A stretch of DNA of 63,364 nt, filler included, from Porpidia crustulata (GCA_964255105.1; 13 parts of 13 records of this genome joined end to end with filler, not necessarily neighbours in it), one strand, 5' to 3'; positions 1 to 14,345 are shown, numbered from the whole stretch's first letter. The notes: generated by a model from the letters alone, not told the origin. Numbers and translations: made by a program.

Positions 1-905
1 GTCATTCATCGCTGCAAGATTCCTGAGAGATATATTCTCTAAAAACGGAATCTTCAGGTTTCTATAAACTCTGTACAATGTTACATCACCGGGCGAACCA
101 CATTGCCGGGGAAGGTGTCATTTTACGGCATGTTACATGGCCCTAAACAACCTGCTTACAAAAAATCTGATCTCAAAACCATGATGCAGTCACTGATCTC
201 TACATCGGGACATTGTTGCCTCAGATATTTACACATTCCCAATTCGATTCTTCGGCACATCACACCTACGGATAACAAGATTCTGTGATTCAGTACATTA
301 CAGCCCCCATAAATGGGTTGCACACTAGTCGATACGATACTTCTAGGCGGACTATACGAAACATGTCTAGTCCTGCAACGCCTGCAATTTTCTCTACTAG
401 GCCATTGGGAAGATTTCAATTATTGGAGTCTTTGAATAGGGCTACTCACTTTGACTAGCTCTTAGAAGTATGTGTCACCTCGCCTAAAGAAAATAAAAGA
501 TAGAACGGTTCTTGAGGTCCTCATAGCTGCGCTAATGTTATGATACTAGGCAAGTTCTTCCTAATAAGCATTAGTGAGCTCCAAAATGGCTGCTGCCTCT
601 ACATCATCTTGCACAGGAGATTCGTGTCTCTCAAAAATCACTTCTGTCCTGTAGATGCCTAATCGCTGAGTGATGTAGCCTTTGATTGGTCGTGTCAACC
701 GGTGCTGGGATATCTTTGCATGACTTTCACTCAACGAATGTCCGAGAGCGCCTCTATTTCACAACTAATTCATTCAAGCCTGTAAAAATATAACCCTCAG
801 CAAGCCCTTCTCTGCTCCAAATTCTCTAATATTCCAAACTAAATAAGTCTCGGTTTCGCACCTAGAATATATTCTTAATTCCGAGATACCCTGTTTCACT
901 ACAGC

Positions 906-1474
906 ATGAATCAAGATCTATCCCGGAGCCAGTACAATGAAAATCGATACCCAGCTTTATTGCCACGACCGTCCGCAGCCACGACCGGTTCGGCCATGAC
1001 CACCGGTTCGGCCATCGAATACGCATATGAACATACAAGTGACGAGCTTCCTGAAACGGTCCGTCGTATGGAGCCATCACAGAGATCCAAAAAAATGAAA
1101 AAAACGGCCGTAGGGCCTGCGACCAATCCATATTCGAAACAAATATATCATCGATCTCTCAGTCATACCTTAATGCCAAGAACAAAATCAAGCGAGGTGA
1201 GCTCAACACGCTGAAGCAAGGTCGGGCAAGGCTCGCGAGGGCCAGAGGGGATACGAAGAAAACAGACAAGAAGATTGAGAACTTGGAGGCGCGGGTGAAG
1301 GAGCTGACGAAGGACTATGAGAAGCAAGTCAGTGAAATAAAAACGCACTTCGACAACTTTTGGGGTATCCAAACGGAGCTGGACAGGGACCTCTTCAGCC
1401 TAGCAGCGGATGACGAGGTTGATGAAGATGTCACCGGGGTATCGGGCAGCCATAGCCATCCTAAACCTGTCTAA
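906..1474 (+). pseudogene. Possible frameshifted small coiled-coil gene (weak Zn2Cys6-like remnant)
   Basis: ORF 906-1214 overlaps a second open frame (~1055-1474) across A-runs at ~1089-1104. The second frame reads RRACDQ...KNKIK...KIENLEARVKELTK (heptad coil); the remaining cluster cysteines are absent. Confidence 0.25.
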
Positions 1475-2395
1475 GATGAGGTCGAAGACCTCGAATGCCT
1501 CTTCCGGACTGGCTATGTGGTATGGGCTCATCTTCTGAGAGGACTTTCGGTATTTTGTTTGTGTCTGTGTTCTGGCTAGGGTGTGTTTTGGGACACATGT
1601 TTCTTTTGTTCCGACCCCCATTAAGATCTTCTTAAAAGTTGTTTGGGTAGACTAAAAGAAAGTGTGAGGTTTATCTTTCCGGCACCTAGATTAATTGTAC
1701 GACATATTTCGGTATCCCGTATCATCCATACATATTTGTCAGTACCACGACTGTCAAGCAATGCGTGCTCAGCTCATGGGTATTACAGGCTTGTACAGTA
1801 ATGTCTGCAAAGGCGGTTCGCGTAACCATCTCTGTCGGATGACGGCGAGCCTCGATTATACTTCATTCGAAATTTTACTTCACCTGTCGGGAACATCCAT
1901 AATTGCTGCCTACAATAATCCCATTACCGTTCACAAGAATTTTGTCCACTTCGGCTTCATCTCTCATTTATTGAAAGGCCCCGTTTAGGCAATGCTCGAT
2001 CATAATCCTCGGTTGTCTGCATGGCAAGCATTTAAGAAGCTGCGTAGACGTTGTTGTCCACTTGGCGGCAGGTGTTAATTTCAAATCATTCGAGATTTCA
2101 CTGTCGTCGTATAAAATCTCATTGATTTCTAATTTGAATGCTTCACAGAGCTCGGCTTTACTGTTCGTTCACTCAATGGCTAGGCAGAAATGCCCATTTT
2201 GTATCTTGATCGCTGTGTGTTTATATACTTAGGTGAGCCCAGCTGTTTCCTTTTCCTCTCTATATTAGAGAAGATACAAGATACGTCTACATCCATAACC
2301 ATATCTACAAGTAACCAGACTTCTTCTCGAACTTCGTCCTATCCACCTCTATCATCATCATTAGTCCAAAGTACAGCTGCTCTCCACCATGTCGT

Positions 2396-2929
2396 ATGAG
2401 CTGCACATTCCGTTCGACAAAAAAGAGCTCTTCTATGAGGACTGCGGGAAAGAAATGCTTAGTTGATCCCAACGGTCTACCCAAGGACTACGAGATCCCC
2501 TACACCAATGAAGACTCGTTCGAAATCTCAGGTTGGTGCAATAATTGCGATCGTATACGGGTTGCCCGACGAAGAGGAGAGCTGATGAACGCCTTTGAAG
2601 AAGGTTGGGAGCCCATGACAGATCAAGTCGCGGAGCTGGAAGAGGAGATAAGACGTCAAATGAACAGGACCCCAAACTCCACAATGGCACAGATATACAG
2701 TATGCTGGACCGCAAGGTCTTGGAAAAGACGTATGACTCAATGGACATATTCTCTCAATATTTTGAAAAAATCAACTACGAATTGTGGCTGCATTACAAC
2801 GAGCGCTGGGGCATCCGAGAGGAAGACCAACTAGAATCAGTCCAGATATGGTTGGACGCGCACGAGGATCCGTTCTTAGGCGTGAATCCACGGGTGGGTG
2901 AAACCCTGCATTTATATGAAGTCCGTTAG
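2396..2929 (+). CDS. Hypothetical protein (CxxC followed by acidic helical region)
   Basis: 177-aa ORF with protein-like composition (GWCNNCDR...VAELEEEIRRQM) and a pyrimidine-rich leader; true start uncertain (alternative ATG ~2388). Confidence 0.45.
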   Translation: MSCTFRSTKKSSSMRTAGKKCLVDPNGLPKDYEIPYTNEDSFEISGWCNNCDRIRVARRRGELMNAFEEGWEPMTDQVAELEEEIRRQMNRTPNSTMAQIYSMLDRKVLEKTYDSMDIFSQYFEKINYELWLHYNERWGIREEDQLESVQIWLDAHEDPFLGVNPRVGETLHLYEVR

Positions 2930-4809
2930 GCAAGACCGAGATCTCCATTCTTGGAGTGACCGACCGATTGCACGAGCTGCTAGGAAGAAGAATTTCGGTT
3001 TTATTGGCTCTGGTTAGAGCAGTTTCCTGTGAATGTTCCCTATCATCCACCGTCGGTACGATGCGGGTGAACCTCCCTCTGCATCTCAAAAGTTTGTATT
3101 TGGGTATGGTGGGAGTCTAGAGATGGCTCTGGGTTTTGATATCTATGTACAGAAAAGTATGTTGCTGTTCCTGGCGCACTTCTACTTTGATATGGCAGAC
3201 ATGGGCATGTTTTGGGTATTTGTTCAGACATGTCTTTTTCGGTTTTGGATGGGATATTTGGGTAACATTTTGGTAATTACGGTCATTACAGTCATTACAA
3301 TATCCATTTCGGACTCCGTGTGGATTCCCAGCTGCACGTAATCAATATCTCGTGAAGCCGAAGAAGTGAAGTCTCCTTATATTCTACGACACGTGCCAAG
3401 TATATCTCCCCTGCAGGAAATTTACGAAATAAGATACACGTTCCCAGATGTCCGATATCATTGATCACGTCAGAAACGTCTTCCCTTATTCTTGTCCACG
3501 AAGCTACCCAAGCTCTATTGAACCAAGACTTTGCTTCATAAATTTCTTTATGCAATGACATTTCTTTCTATCCTTACTTCCACAGCAAGGCAATTCTCCA
3601 GGAACGTCATCTCAAACACCTCAATCCCTTTATGAAAGTATTCAGCCAACTCACAAAGGTTCTGTCGACCAAAGCACAGCCACTACCTCCTGGAAGCCAT
3701 CGAATACATAGAGTACAGCTGCAGAAAATACCCGACCTGCTGTCCAGACAAAGCCTAGATCTACTATCAAAGTGGTAGTGGGTCTTCAATGCCACTTTTC
3801 CAAATTACTCAACGCCAAAACAAAGACAGCTCAGAAAGTGGAGGCATACTTCCATCGACCATGCGGGACATGCAGCGGCAACCCTTCTTGCGTAAATATT
3901 TATGCTTTTCTGATTATACGGTCATGCGGCAAGCGGGAGAAGCCACGAAAGCAGGGTTTTGTGGAATATATCGAAGGTCTACCACAAGAATGATTGAGGA
4001 CAAATATGGCTTTGTCGATGAACCGGAGATGGAGATTGTTGGGTGCCGAGTCTTTCAGAAAAAACATGCGGAATTACATCGCCGCTGCCCAGACGGCTTG
4101 GGCTGAGGTGGATGAGAACACTGGCAACGGGACTGGAACGGTAAGGGAAGTGGCATCCAGGTTGCTAAGGTGATCGAGAAGATGTGATTCTCACAAATAC
4201 CTTCAAATCATTTGACCAGCCCAGATGACCTCGCGAAGAATTTTTCTGGCTGACCATGGTGAATCCTATTTTTTTCTTTCAGAAATAGGGGTTCAGGGGA
4301 AAACAAGCATCACCACTTATTAGATCCCACCTTCAACTGCTAGCGAGGCTTGAAGAATCCGTCCCTAGTAAGGGCAAGCCACTCCTCAAAGCCTTGCTTT
4401 TCCCACCGTTCTCTTAGCCAGTCTCTCATCTCCGCTCCCACATCGACACGCGCAATATCGCTGCATATAGACATCGCCGTAGCAAGACGGAGAATGTACC
4501 TTGGTACTTCGCTATCTAAATGGGATCAAAAGTAGAGCCGGCTGCATCGAAGCTCTCTTTTGGCTTGGTTGTACGACGTAATAGGTGGTATTGCTGAACG
4601 GCGGGAGAAGGAGGAAGTAGCGATGATAGCACAAAAAAGAGGGGGCGAATGGATCGGGAACTCGACCTGCAGTCCATCGACTGGACTCACGGCATCTCCC
4701 CACCCCCCTTCCAAAAATGCAAACCCGCTTCCGCTCAAATATCGGACCACAACACAGTGCGATCAGATACCCCATAGTGAGCTGGAAGAAGAGATTGTGG
4801 GGGTGAGGA

Positions 4810-4909
4810 NNNNNNNNNNNNNNNNNNNNNNNNNNNNNNNNNNNNNNNNNNNNTTAATTAATTAANNNNNNNNNNNNNNNNNNNNNNNNNNNNNNNNNNN
4901 NNNNNNNNN
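4810..4909. other. Artificial contig spacer (N44-TTAATTAATTAA-N44)
   Basis: Identical 100-bp spacer with stops in all six frames; first of 12. Confidence 0.98.
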
Positions 4910-7900
4910 GAAGAAGACGAATGCGGATAAAAATTGAAAGATATAAAGCGTCGAGAAATCCGGTCTTCCTACCTTTCAAATTTTCATATCCCATTATACC
5001 AACAACATCATCCCTTCCACATTGCAAACCCCAAAACCCATGCCATTACATGTCTCCAGGCTTCGAAAGGACAAGGCCGGGCGAGCTTGATAGGACGGAC
5101 GTATAAATTGCAGTCAGCGTGAAGGAATGTCATACCTTGATCTGATGACCAAGGAACTATACTCGAAAGCTGGGAGAAAGAAAAAACGATCATGCTCTTT
5201 CTTGGGTTTTCGACTCCCCAAGTCTCGCTTTATGAATCTTCTGTAGGCTCGCTTGGTATTGATACCCCTGATCGAGTAATATTCGGCTTGTATACCTCAG
5301 TTTTACGCGGAAGAAGCGAAATATCTACTCGCTCACGTATTCGTGTAAATATCTGCACGACGTGTTAAAATTTACTCGCTGCATTGTTATCGGAAGTGTC
5401 GCTGAACAACCGGCCCGTATTCAAGGGCAGTCTCTCTGCCATCTCTACCCATGGTACGTTCTAGTTGAGGGTGGAACCCTCGAGGACCGCAAGCAAGAGA
5501 CTCCACGTGTGTTTTTGGACATACAAGCCCCGTTATCCGACCTCGTGCGGTTCTTACGGACCTGAATTATTGGAGAATCCAAAAAGTGAAGTCGTTGTTC
5601 TCGTTACTGCGATCTCGATTCGCTGGTATCTTTTCAGCGGTATATTGACACAATACAAATTTCTGGTGTGTGTGATCTGAAGACTTCGGAAACCGTTGAT
5701 GGCCGGCTAGTACTGGCCTGACGGGTTCGGGACAATTAATAGATCATTTTGAATTTGACAGTGGTAGAAATAATTTTAGAGTTCTTGTTGACCGCTGAAA
5801 TTTTGCACGGTAGACGAGAAGTAATAAGGAGGATTCGAGGTTTTTGTAGTAGTGTTAGATATGCGGATAAGCTCCACGCCGATGCGCAAGTATTTATCCA
5901 TGGGGGGAGTATACCGGCCAGAATCTCTGTCTATAAGTTATTCTTCCATCCGCAGGGAGGTTTTTGATGTATAGCAGGAAGATTAGCCGCAGATTGTGTG
6001 TATAAAGTAGTATCTGGATGCGGGAGAAACTCAATATAGACTGCTTTCGGCCATCGATCAACATTCCTGAGTCGTGTGAGATAAGACGAATCAGGTTTCT
6101 CTGTCGACTGCAAGGACGGGAGATTTTGATAGTCTATACCGTAATCTGGGAATCGATCGATCAAATTGAGAAGCAGCAAGCAAGCCAAAATAATAAAACG
6201 AATGTGATACTCCTTGCCCAGCCCACTCTATCCTCGCCATACAACTAACATCACATCTAAGCCATCGCAGATCAAGCTTGATGAAGCAAAGTCCTTTAAT
6301 TTCCTCGTTTCAACCTGTCTCATAAATCCTATCCCGCTGCCCCTGGAGGGCTATGAAAGGTTTTCCGATCAGCCCGTTTCACGCCTTCCTGTGACGGTGA
6401 CACATTCCCGCTCTCACATGCTTGGCTGGCCGGCGAAAGGAAGCCATCGGATACTTTCGATCCACTTTGATTGGGCGGAGTCTTTGGGCTAGTGCTCCTC
6501 TTGCTGGTGGAAGCAGCTGCGTCGTTGCTCGATGATGATTTCTTGTGTGAGGCTGATGCCGAAGCGCTGTTCTTGCTAGCCAAGTTCTGGGTCGATGCAG
6601 ATTTATGATGTGCCTTGGGATCAAGACGTTGACTCGCCATTGTAGCGGAGCGTCTGATTTTTGAAAATACTCAATACTGTGGGTATGAATTCTGGGTCCC
6701 TGAAGATCTGGCCTCGGGTGTTGCTGAAAATTGGAAGCTGCCCGTAGTGTCGTGTTTGACACAATTATCCCTCAATATACACCTTTTTGGGCCCCAAATT
6801 TTCCAACCCGACTAGACAACACCAGTGCCTAGCCGGTAAGGCGAACGTAGAGGTTTCACGGTGTTTTCTTGCGTCCGGGTTTGATAAGCACCTGTAGGAC
6901 ATTGTCAACTATGTGGGTCTTGAGCCACAGTATTTCGAGAGGAGACACACCACTAGACCAGGCACAACGCCCTATTTATGAATATGGAAATCCGAAAGCT
7001 GAGTTTGGCAGAGTCGAGAGAGACTTGAAGCCACTTCCAAGGTGAATATAAAATCTTGCCAATAGCAAGAGTATGTGGTTGAGAAATGTACGTTAAGCAA
7101 AGGTCTGCTCTAGTGTAGTGCTGAGAAAAGGTGGTTGTTGACGGGAATGAGGAAGAAGGACTACGATCGTTAAATAAGAAGTGTGACGTCGACTGAGACA
7201 GGCAATCCAAAAGGGTCTAAGGTGTCTCGTGACGACGTGGTGTGACAGTCCTACGTCCTACCTTCCTACATCGTTCTATCATAATGTAATGCTTTGAAAT
7301 ACGGATGACATACGATTAGAAATTGGAGACTCAAGAGGATAGATGGAACATTGTAGACATATCCGACATAGTAGAACTTCCTGAAAAGTGATCAAGAGGA
7401 CCTCTATGACAAAAGACATCTCATCATAGGGCCATCGGCGGTGAGACTTGAAGCCCTTATTCTCTCGGCTGGCCACCATGCACACTCTTATAGCCATACT
7501 TGAAGTTAGAAAGCAAGCCAAGCCATTGAAGACACCTGCACCACGAGATCTTTCAGGTCTACACAGACTCAGGGCGGTATTCTTTGTAAAGACGGCGATA
7601 CGGTACATTAAGAGCTTCTCAAAGCGTGAGGTGCGCAAAGATGGGGTGAATCAGGTACGGTACTAATTGGGAATAAGTCAGCCAAGCATAAGATTTACCT
7701 TTCAGGGCTAAGGCACATCCCCTGATCCTTGCCTGAGCTAGTTGAAGCTAAGGCCAGTCGTCATCGGTACTTGGTACTTGGTATCTACGCAATGGCACTC
7801 GAATTGGTCATCAATCCATTATCCTCAACATGCCTTCTATCAAGATTTCACCCTTTTCCTTAACTGGCTGCAGGCAAGCACAGTGCTACTTGGCTTCTGC

Positions 7901-7968
7901 GCCGGATTGTATGCTGTTGAGATGGAGAGCGCTCGTTGAGACGCCAGGCCAACTCTCTTGCTTATCCT

Positions 7969-7975
7969 TTAGTCA
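7969..7975 (+). promoter_or_regulatory. Candidate Yap1/AP-1 response element TTAGTCA upstream of GSH1
   Basis: TTAGTCA lies ~145 bp upstream of the GSH1 ATG; Yap1 regulation of GSH1 is established in yeast; a 7-mer can occur by chance. Confidence 0.3.
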
Positions 7976-8119
7976 TCCCTAATTCATCGCTAGTCCACCG
8001 GCTTTACAAGAAGTATTTCTTCAGGAAATCTTAGACCACGGCTAAAAGTAATCGTGCGTGAGGCTTTCTTCATGTAGTCCACCTAAAGCCGGTAGGAATT
8101 CTCGCTTCCGACTAGGAAC

Positions 8120-9713
8120 ATGGGCCTTTTAGCCGTAGGAACGCCGTTGGCATGGCCTGAGGCAAAAAAGAACGCTAATCATGTCCGACAATGGGGAATA
8201 GAACAGCTGCTTGCAATTTGGCGGCGCGCAAAAGGTAAGGAGAGAGACATGCTGCGATGGGGAGACGAGATTGAATACCTCGTTGTGGTTTTCGAGGATG
8301 AGCGACGAAAGGTCAAATTATCCTTACGGCAAGCGGACATTCTTGACGCACTAGCAAAGGACGAAGCGCTGAGCAAGCAAGGTGGATGTGTGCCGGATTT
8401 GCAAGAGGTCTCAAGAGAGGAAGACACCCTACCAGTCTTCCATCCGGAATTCGGGCGATTCATGTTAGAAGCCACTCCGGGCAAGCCATGGGGTATTGGA
8501 TTCAAAGATCTCCTCGATGTTGAGCCAAACATGAAACGTCGTAGGCGGATTGCCAAAGATCATATGGAATCAAAGGAGTACCCAATTACCCTGACCACGT
8601 TTCCTCGCCTAGGCGCACAGGATGAGTTTATCTCCCCGTACTACCCACCATCTGGAGAAAGGCTACGATCCCAATTTCTTCCTGATGAGATAGCAAATCC
8701 TCATATTCGCTTTCCCACATTGGCTGCGAATATAAGATCTCGGCGAGGTCGGAAGGTTGAAATCAACGTCCCAGTGTTCAAGGACAAGCATACGCCGGTG
8801 CCGTTCAAGGACCCTACCGTGAATTATAATCTCCACAAGTGGCCCGAGGACGATGACGTTAGGAATGGCGCTGCCAAAGATAACTGCATCTACATGGACG
8901 CAATGGCTTTCGGCATGGGTAGCTGTTGCTTGCAAATCACCTTCCAAGCCAAAAACATTACAGAAGGCCGACTACTTTACGATCAGCTTAGCCCCCTAGG
9001 ACCTATCATGCTTGCCCTGACAGCGGCCACGCCCATCTACAAAGGATTCCTCGCAGATACGGATGTACGGTGGAACCAAATCTGCAGAGCAGTCGATGAT
9101 CGAACGCCAGAAGAGCTTGGCGAGAAGGTTGGCCCATCCTCAGCATCTAAAGATGTACCAAGCTAATGTTTCTAGCCCTTGAAGAACGACAGATGGCGTG
9201 TTCCAAAATCAAGATATGCTTCAAACTCCACATACATCTCGCAAGATCCGCGATTACGACCCGAATACATGGATCCTGATCTCGTAGTTGACGAAGCCCT
9301 CAAACAGCGCCTCAAAGACGGCGGTATGGACGACCTCTTAGCTACTCACTTCGCCCACCTCTTCATTCGTGACCCGATCGTCATCTTCGCGGAAGATCTC
9401 CAAGAGCTGGACCTCAACAAAACAGACCACTTTGAAAATCTCCAATCCACAAATTGGCAGCACATGCGCTTCAAGCCGCCACCGCACGACCAATCCACCG
9501 GCTGGCGTGTCGAATTCCGCCCCATGGAAATCCAAATCACCGACTTCGAAAACGCCGCCTTCTCCATCTTCATCGTCCTCATAACCCGAGCAATCCTCAG
9601 TTTCGACCTCAACTTCTACATCCCCGTCCCCTGCACCACCGAAAACATGGAAACCGCCCACGCCCGCAACGCCGTCCTCGCCGCCGACCATGCCGAAGAC
9701 CCCGCCGTGGTGC
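8120..9713 (+). CDS. GSH1: Glutamate-cysteine ligase catalytic subunit (3'-truncated at contig end)
   Basis: Motifs MGLL..GTPL.W, WGDEIEY, HPEFGRFMLEATPG, YMDAMAFGMGSCCLQITFQ, HFENLQSTNWQ, GWRVEFRPME. A phase-0 intron at 9128-9175 (GTTGGC..GCTAAT..TAG) joins ORFs 8120 and 9179. Confidence 0.97.
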
Positions 9714-9813
9714 NNNNNNNNNNNNNNNNNNNNNNNNNNNNNNNNNNNNNNNNNNNNTTAATTAATTAANNNNNNNNNNNNNNNNNNNNNNNNNNNNNNN
9801 NNNNNNNNNNNNN
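9714..9813. other. Artificial contig spacer
   Basis: Same 100-bp N/TTAATTAATTAA spacer. Confidence 0.98.
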
Positions 9814-11109
9814 GGTGGAATCCGAGTTTATTGAAGGATTGAATAGCAGAATATCTGGGGCTACGGGGGGTGAGACATCGTGGAAATCAGCGACGAGCTT
9901 AGTACGTACGGAATAGAGTCGATTAAAGGACGATCAAAAAACTACTCCATCTCTCGCAGCATGATTAACGCTCCAGAGATCCCTATGAATTACCACAACG
10001 CCCCGATCAGCCATGTTGAGATCTCCAATGCTTGTCCCCTCTCCCCATCAAACCAGGCAATCTCCAGGCTGCCGAATAGGCAACGGTGGGGGTGTATGAC
10101 TCCTCCAGGCCAGGCGCATGGGATTGGGCTTAATTAACGCCCGGCCGCTGCAGATGTTTAGTGCGGGTAAAGCTAGGCTTGCATAATTGCAGGTTCCATT
10201 CGCGGGGAAAAGCAGTGCCAACGAAAAGCCGTGATCTTGGGGGGGCACCCTGCGGTCGATCGCAAGTCCTCCGCCATCGTAGGGTCGTTGGTTGAGGTGG
10301 GATGTCATTCTACTTTTTTTCGATTGTATTGTGATGGAGGATTGTTGACTGGTGTGATAAGGGGGGATTGGGGGGATGAAGGCTGGTATCAGAGTTGAGG
10401 GAGCCTTGTTATCGTTATCGGCCATTATCTGGGGACTGTTCTAACGGACAGCCAAACAGCATCACGCTATGACAGGTGGACGGTAAACGTCCTACCAGAT
10501 ACCTTAGCTCCGTAGATAGATACCCTATGACTCCTGCCCTTTCACTGTGACTACGCTGATTGCAGCATCTCATAACTGCGTACACCTGCTTCATCCGGGC
10601 CATCACTATCATTGTTACCTAACGTACTCTATCCCATCTTTCTTGTATTAAGCAAACTGTTTTGGCATCGCCTTTCATAAGACTGCTGTTCCTGAGCTTT
10701 GTTATAACCCACCATACCCCTGTCATATATTACCCGCGTATTTACGAAAGACCAATCGAGTCACGCTCTCTCACGCCTGACAGTCATTGATCACACCTTT
10801 CAACCTACGAGATCGCATCATACCCCTCGCGCTCTGTTGTTGACTCGAACCCATTCGTCCCTGCATCACGCATTGAATCCTTGGCCTCATCATGCCCGAA
10901 GCCTGACAGCCTTCCCCTGGCCAAGTGCGGCAACTTGCATCTGACAACAGCTCGCCCATCGCTGTGTCTTAGAACCCCACCAGCACCTCATGTGTAACTC
11001 GCTCACTGCAACCCTCTATCCGCACCTCTCGTGGTAACGACATCCCAACACTGTACCGGTACACATACATACACAACCTAGCGGCTGGTTTGAGTCGCTG
11101 CTACCTTCG

Positions 11110-14100
11110 ATGGCCGCTCCATCAGCTACCTCCACGGCATCGAGGCGGACACGGGAATCAGGTCAAGAGGAGATGGCCGTAGGGAGCTTCAGAAGGTTGG
11201 AAGAGATCGGTAGAGGGAGCTTTGCTACGGTCTACAAAGCTTCCTACTCTGTAAGTAGCTATCCAACCTATCGTCGATACCGAGCTTGAGCATGCACTCT
11301 CCTTACCCTTCCGTTCTTCTATTGGCATGTCGATACAACGGGATGGAACCCTCTTCAATCAATAGACGTCCCGCTAATAATGACGGTCTCAATAGAAGAA
11401 GCCTGGCTACGTGGCCATCAAGTCTGTTGACTTGCACAAGCTCAACAAAAAGCTCAAGGAGAACCTTTACTCGGAAATCCATATTCTCAAGACCCTGCAT
11501 CATCCACACATTGTCGCCCTCATCGACTGTCAAGAGACGTCCGCCCACATACACCTGGTAATGGAGTTTTGCGAACTGGGAGATCTCTCGTATTTCATCA
11601 AGAAGCGCGATACCCTTTCCCGGCACAACACAACTGCAGACATGATTAGGAAATATCCCAATCCTCCTGCTGGTGGCCTAAACGAGGTTATAGTCCGACA
11701 TTTCTTGAAGCAACTAGCTAGTGCTCTGGAATTCTTGAGGGATAGGAATTTCATTCATCGCGACATCAAGCCCCAGAACCTTTTGCTTGATCCATCACCT
11801 CTTTACTACGCTAAGGCGAAGCCGGAAACGATACCCTACGCTGCTCACGAGCAGTCACTCATCCCTCTTGCTGGCGTAGAATCTTTGCCATCCCTAAAAA
11901 TTGCAGACTTCGGATTCGCACGATCCTTACCATCGACATCTCTTGCCGAAACACTATGTGGGTCTCCATTGTATATGGCGCCGGAAATATTACGGTATGA
12001 GAAGTACGACGCAAAGGCCGATTTGTGGTCCGTTGGCACTGTGCTTCATGAGATGATGGTCGGGAAACCACCATTTAGAGCATCAAACCATGTAGAGCTA
12101 CTGCGGAAGATTGAACGAGGGGAGGATAAAATTAGATTTCCGGAAGATGTCTGCTTGAGCGACGCAATGAAGAAGATTATTCGGGGCCTCCTGAAACGCA
12201 ATCCTGTTGAGAGAATGAGTTTCTCTGACTTCTTCAACAATATTGTTATCAAAAGCGACATACCAGGCTTAGTCCAAGAAGATATCGTGGCCGAGCTGCC
12301 CAAAGAAGATTCCGAGGTTCCTCGTCCGGATCCTTCCCCCCCCCGAGACAGATCGTTAGTGGATAATCGTGCCCTCGAAGTAGACAGACCACGAACATCA
12401 GAAGTAGAAAAGACATTATCCCAATCGCCTCGGAAAACGCTCCCTCATGTAACGCAAGCTGCTGTTATGACCAAGCCTGAATCCACCATTCATCGTCGGT
12501 CCTCCGGTACGCCACCAAGAACGCCAGCGCCGCAACCTAGAAGTAACCATGATAGACCTACGTCCAACCAAGCTGCTCGTGAGGTTGGGCTTAAGCCTCG
12601 TCGTCCCAGTATAGTCAGCCATGCTACAGCTCCCGCACGGCAGGATCCACTTGCTGCAGGTAAGAGGAATTCGGCCCCAATAGGGATGCAGAGACAGCAA
12701 AGTCGTAACACTCCATCACCGAGTAACCTCGGGATCACGGAGAAACCCCAACCGCGAGATCGTGCTTCTCAGCGGAGAGAAGACAGCGCTGCAAGGGAGG
12801 CAAGGGAAGCGAGAGAGCGAGCTGCGCAAGATGTAGCATTTGAACGGGATTACGTAGTAGTGGAAAAGCGAGCCGTGGAAGTGAACGCCTTCGCTGATGA
12901 GCTTGCCGCAAGCCCCAGGATTCATGGAGTAACTCAGACCCAACAAGATGCACAGCGAGGGACAATGATACGACGAGCAACTACGCAAGGGGCACCAAAC
13001 TCTACGACTGGCGCCCACGTTACGCCTTCACGAGCAATCCAGCTTGCCTCGGGCAAACGGCCTGATCAAACCCACCATCGCCAAGGTTCGTACGAGAGGC
13101 GAATCCGTGATCCTACCTCAGCAACTTCTGCCATTTCAAAAGCGATCAACATGGCCAGTGGCAGACTATTCAACATGGGATTCTCTCCGCCTTTGGGCTT
13201 GGGCCGTGGTGGCGTATCTCCCCCTTCATACAGCCCATTCCCTGCATACCCTGCGAATACCAGTCTGATGATTGGCGACGGTGGTAGAGGGACGGCACCT
13301 CTCGATGAAGACGCCAAAGCCGTGCATGTCATCGAGGAATCGGCTACCAGAAGTGATGTCGTGTACGGTTTTGCGGAGGTCAAGTATAAGCAGCTGATTC
13401 CGTTGGCGCCGTCGATGGAGCATGGGCTTGGTCTACGTCAAGCAGGCATCCCAGAAGGGGCCGACGCCGACAACAGTGCTACCGATGATGACGGACTGAC
13501 AATCGATGCTATCGTCACTCTATCAGAGGAGGCTCTAGTACTCTACGTGAAGGCGCTTTCGCTGTTAGCTCGATCCATGGATATTGCTGGAGCCTGGTGG
13601 GCTAGAAAGAATCGAGGAGAGGTCTTCGAAGAGTCAAGCTCTCCGCGTACGCAAACGAACTCACCAGGGGGCGTCAACGGTCCTGTTGGGAATCGAGTCA
13701 ACAATGTCGTTCAATGGGTCCGCAGTCGATTCAACGAAGTGTTAGAAAAGGCCGAGTTTGTCCGGTTAAAACTCATCGGAGCACAGAGACAGCTTCCCTT
13801 GGATCATCCCAGCCACCCGAGTCATTATCAGTCGAGCTCTACTTCTGCTGCCGGGATGGGAACATCAGCGGATAATGTGGCTGTCACTAGTGGCGTGACT
13901 GCTGAAAAGCTCATGTACGATCGCGCTCTCGAGATGAGCCGGTCTGCGGCGGTCAATGAGTTGGTCGGAGACGATCTCTCTGGTTGCGAAATTGCATATA
14001 TCACTGCGATCAGAATGCTTGAAGCGGTGCTCGAGGACGACGAAGACCCACCATCCAAGAAATTCTTACACGCGGACAAAGATTCAGACAAGAGTGCCAT

Positions 14101-14345
14101 CAATGGGGTTGAAGCGGAGGATAGAAAGGTGGTTCTGAAATGTATGTTGTCCTATTCTCTGAGGATGGAAGATGTCAAAGCTAATGGAATATCTAGTGGT
14201 CAACAGTATCCGCAACCGTTTAGCCGCTCTTCGCAAAAAAATGCAGATCATCTCCAAACGGAACAGCGCCGTGCCAAGCGGACCTCCTTCTAAGCCGCCT
14301 CCTGTAACTTCAGATCCTACTGTTGCCGGAACATCCCTTCGATAG
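11110..14345 (+). CDS. ATG1: Autophagy Ser/Thr kinase Atg1
   Basis: Exon 1 (11110-11250) has [10 protein letters not shown]; intron 11251-11395; kinase motifs [30 protein letters not shown]. Atg1-type [21 protein letters not shown] and tandem-MIT C-terminus ([28 protein letters not shown]). Intron 14142-14196; last exon [16 protein letters not shown] ends TAG at 14343-14345. Confidence 0.97.

Noticed and set aside
5400..6640. Ser-rich ORF 6329-6640 and downstream minus-strand fragments as a gene
   Set aside because: No recognisable domain or consistent splice model; possibly a decayed gene, but not supportable by eye
9680..9713. Divergent GSH1 C-terminal residues (AADHAEDPAVV) as a novel variant
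   Set aside because: These are the last ~35 bp of a contig in low-complexity C-rich sequence; more likely a mis-extended contig end
14142..14293. Atg1 C-terminus as given by the ORF track
   Set aside because: It reads through an intron (GTATGT..GCTAAT..TAG); the spliced form restores the conserved IRNRL..LRKK
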